Of a DNA stretch of 64,000 nt, positions 61,201 through 64,000 are shown one piece after another. Source of the DNA: Orbicella franksi (Eukaryota); NCBI GenBank assembly GCA_964199315.1, contig OZ116700.1, positions 2,418,001-2,482,000 on the forward strand, in the 5' to 3' direction. The notes under the pieces were generated by a model. The model did no database searches and had not been told where the DNA came from. It worked only from the letters and a program-made list of their open reading frames with translations. Position numbers and translations under genes: made by a program. Every line of letters starts with the position of its first letter. The first letter of the stretch is position 1.

Positions 61201-63935
61201 CACGCTGTTTTTCATCCAACTGTGCCTGAGCTTCATTCAGCTCACTTGTTGCTTTCTGTAAGCGAGCTTCTTGAATGATCAGATTGGCCTAGAAATTTGA
61301 AACGTATTAAAATGTAGTTAAGTTATATGTTCTAGTTTTAATCCTTAGTTGTACTCTAAAGTTTTTAGCTTTTATTGCTATACCGGCTCTATTTTAGACT
61401 TTTATTTTATCAGGGGACCCTCCTGATTGGAGGTTTCCTCTTAAAATATTAATTTCTTATTATATATTATAGGTAAAACGTTGGCCGTATGAAATGTATT
61501 AAGAGCAACAGCTTACTCATGTGGCGCTAAGTTAAGAAAACACTTTTTTAAAAGTACGGATACATTTGGGGACGAGATAATTATGGCAGGGGCTGTTGCC
61601 TTCAAAAAAATCGGCCTAGTTAACAGTAGCAAGAGTTTTGCGTTTGTAAAATTAGCATGCATAGAAGCATAGCTTGGATTTTAACGATCAGTAAGAACTC
61701 TGTAAATGTAACAAAAGGAAACACGAAACATGTTCGGGGAGGGGAATCTTTTGGGCTTGAGGTAAGTGGGGTTGGGGTGATTACTTTCGAAAGATAACGA
61801 CATGCTCAACGTCACTACAGAAGCAAGACATGTTAGTCACCTTGAGAGGAAGAACTTCTTTGTTGATTCCGAAGAAGAAGGCCATAGCTCTGGTCCAGGA
61901 TGCCAGCCCAGCCACATCACCACAAACTTTCTTGGCATTTTCCATGGTGTAGTCCTCCATCTCGAGGTAAGGCATCAGCAGCTCCACAGTTTCTTCGTTG
62001 ATGGAATCCTGAGTGTGAAAATGAGGTACAGTACCAACCCGCAAGTAAGAAACTGCTACCAGAAATTTGCCATTTTACTACCCAAAAATCAAGCAGGTTA
62101 TTATATGTTGGTTACAGTTAAATTATGATAACATTTTAACCAAGGCGTGTGACTTTGAGATTGAAAATTTATATTGCGAGAAAATACCTAATACAGTTTC
62201 AGGACCAAACCCATGCAAGTTTATTTATTTTTCTGGTAATCAACACCTATATCTCCTTCACAGAAATTAAGAACCTACTTAATCAAAATTGCAGATAACT
62301 ACCCAAAACGACAAGAACTTTTGCCAGACTTCAAAAAACGTAGGTTCTAACGCCCGGGTTATGGCGTCGAATCTATCTTGATGCCTTCTCTGAGTAAAGT
62401 CGCATGTTAAAGAAAAAAGTTTAAACAATGACGTCAGTAACGCTAGCTCTATTGAAGGCAGTCCCTGCTAAAATTTGAAAGTAGCCGTACACACAAAGGC
62501 GACATATATCTAATTGAAACACATGCAGACATCCTTGTTATCATCCTTTTTCACTGAGTTGTCAACATTGTACAGGGATGGTAAGGGCATAATCGTGACT
62601 AGGCTTGAACTATTTCAACCTATGTTAGGGTGCTGGCAACGTTTCCCTGCAACGTTATTACACTGCCCGCGGTACCGAGATCTCTGCGGAGAATGATTGA
62701 GGAACTCTTAAAGGTGATGTAATGATTTCGCTTTACCTTTGCAAAAGTTAGCAAGTTGTTCAAGAATCCTCCACCACTCATGAGTTTTAGAGATTCACCC
62801 CAGGATGGCTTGCAACAAGGCTTTTCAGGATCGGGGGTCACGGGATCGATTTTTCGGTTAAACAGCAGTAGCACGCAGTCCATAATGCGCATGATCAAGT
62901 GAGGCGGCTTGGCCAGTTTCCTGACGGTGGCAATGTGCGCTGGTTTGATGGTCTGAAGAGCGGCTTCAGCCTCCTCTAAAGCTGGTTTGGCAGCCTCAAG
63001 CTTTTCCTCTGCTACCTCTTTGTCCTCCTGTTGGAAGAAGAGCACCGAAGCTCGAAAGTTAGTAGAGATTTAATAATGAGTATTTTTGAAGAACGTACTT
63101 CACAATGAGAGCAAACGTACGTGCAACACTGCGTGACAGAATTGACACAACCTAACCTAAAGTAGAGTGACCTGTGAGTAAAGAATGCCCTAAGTAATAG
63201 CGTTTTTTAGAATGAAAGAATTTCTTAAAAAATCGCGTGACTGACAAGCCCAAAATAGCGTGACAGAATCGCCTACTTACCGCAATCTCATCAACAATAG
63301 CCTGTGCCTTGTCCTTAACTTTTTGAACCTGTGATTTGACCTTCTCTGCAGCCGTAGCGCTGACGGTCACCTCCTGCAGCACCACGTCTGCCTTCTTCGA
63401 GGCTACAGCAAGTTCCTTTTCCTTGACAACGAGCTCTTCAGAAAGCTTTGCTACTGACTCACTTGCTTCCACAAGCTTGGCGAGGCCAGTGTTCATGCGC
63501 GTGGCCAGGAGACCAATTGCTTCGTGCTGCATCTTGTAGATTCCTTTGTAACCACTAATGAAAGATAGGTAGGACTTCGGTGTCACGTGAGTTTGTCGAC
63601 GGAATCGTTCAAAGTACTGCACACACATCTCTGCAACGTTGTCCTTGAAATAAACAAAACAGTAATTATTCCTACTTTCAAATATTCACTCGTAGTAATT
63701 ATTCCTATCAGGTTGGTTGGTTGTTGGTTGGAGAGCCACAACTTACCTGTATGATGCCCATCGTATTGACAACAGCCACTTTCGTTTCTTGAGAACAAAC
63801 AATTTCAAATGAGGACAGAAAGTGTGAGGCGACAGCAATTAATGCATCTTTAGGCCAGCGGCTGAACCAGTCCATTGTGCAACCACTGAACAGTCCGGGA
63901 AATTTCAGAGAACGATTACGGAACTTCTCCCCCAC
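47988..63935 (-). CDS. DNAH5: Axonemal outer-arm dynein heavy chain (DNAH5/DNAH8 clade); 3' 23 exons, 1545 aa in window (end of AAA4, stalk/MTBD, AAA5, AAA6, C-terminal domain); continues beyond the window end
   Basis: Exons in transcript order: 63935-63747, 63643-63281, 63027-62737, 62008-61841, 61288-61023, 60494-60365, 59890-59747, 59258-59208, 58865-58710, 57838-57656, 57074-56831, 56266-55961, 55402-55281, 54815-54624, 54237-54102, 53589-53450, 53252-53088, 52254-52060, 51129-50899, 50548-50360, 49983-49771, 48886-48758, 48422-47988(TAG). Phases consistent, 4638 nt. Motifs [67 protein letters not shown] and CPVYKK…[14 protein letters not shown]5 versus DNAH8 cannot be resolved here. Confidence 0.95.
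51700..52015. mobile_element. MITE related to 19986-20361
   Basis: Shared start CAACGG…GAACGTCACTAAACAAAAGGTTT and end GTCCTCGGCGTCG. Confidence 0.55.
55203..55269. repeat. (CAA)n microsatellite, 16 perfect units then degenerate
   Basis: Direct observation; about 10 nt from the donor of dynein exon 55402-55281. Confidence 0.95.
55391..55710. repeat. 112-bp tandem repeat (about 2.8 copies) spanning a dynein intron-exon junction
   Basis: Units start at 55391, 55503 and 55615 (GCGCGGCACCACC(T/C)GTCATACGG…). Confidence 0.95.
56480..56790. repeat. Degenerate (CGAA)/(CGAC) tetranucleotide low-complexity tract
   Basis: Direct observation in a dynein intron. Confidence 0.85.
57193..57510. mobile_element. 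MITE-like element
   Basis: Terminal inverted GTTTCGGATGACCT / AGGTCATCCGAAAC with GGATCTA subterminal repeats. Confidence 0.55.
57872..58280. mobile_element. Second copy of the MITE family at 2366-2755, carrying a different nested MITE at about 57954-58184
   Basis: TIRs CAGTCGAACCCCTATTGAACGGCCACC / TGGCCGTTTAATAGGGGTTGAACCTG; inner TIRs TTAAGCATGACGT / ACGTCATGCTTAA. Confidence 0.8.
58955..59135 (+). mobile_element. Degenerate SINE, same family as 22515-22815
   Basis: Shared ATAAATGGGTACC…GCGAACTTAATGCT…GGGTAACCCTGC…ACTAGCATCCCATC. Confidence 0.65.
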
Positions 63936-64000
63936 CTAGAAATACAAATAGTACTTTTAAACGCAAAATAATCAATTAGTGAATGAATCGAGTAATCAGG

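Overview
Eukaryotic, intron-rich animal DNA. A cnidarian such as a stony coral is my inference from the gene and repeat style; I did not verify it. No prokaryotic features, CRISPR arrays, rRNA or genuine tRNA genes were found. I rebuilt four spliced genes by hand from GT-AG junctions with consistent phases. (1) The 3' part of a subtilisin/kexin-type proprotein convertase (PC-A, + strand, 11..8892, 5' end outside the window). (2) A complete tandem paralogue (PC-B, +, 12380..25264, 13 coding exons, 882 aa). (3) A secreted protein on the - strand (27782..~34817): two C-type lectin-like domains, a 933-codon exon of strict 7-aa Thr/Glu/Pro repeats and an acidic tail. (4) The last 23 exons of an axonemal outer-arm dynein heavy chain of the DNAH5/DNAH8 type (-, 47988..63935). 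Also present are a 5'-truncated class A GPCR fragment, a candidate small orphan gene, and many MITEs and tRNA-derived SINEs. The most notable observations are: a 240-277 aa acidic insertion inside the P domain of both convertases; acid-to-Lys/Gly changes and new Cys residues around their substrate cleft; a non-canonical RTRK propeptide junction in PC-B; a 101-nt gene-conversion-like tract across the oxyanion-hole exon; five intron differences between the paralogues; and a 112-bp tandem repeat that duplicates a dynein splice acceptor.
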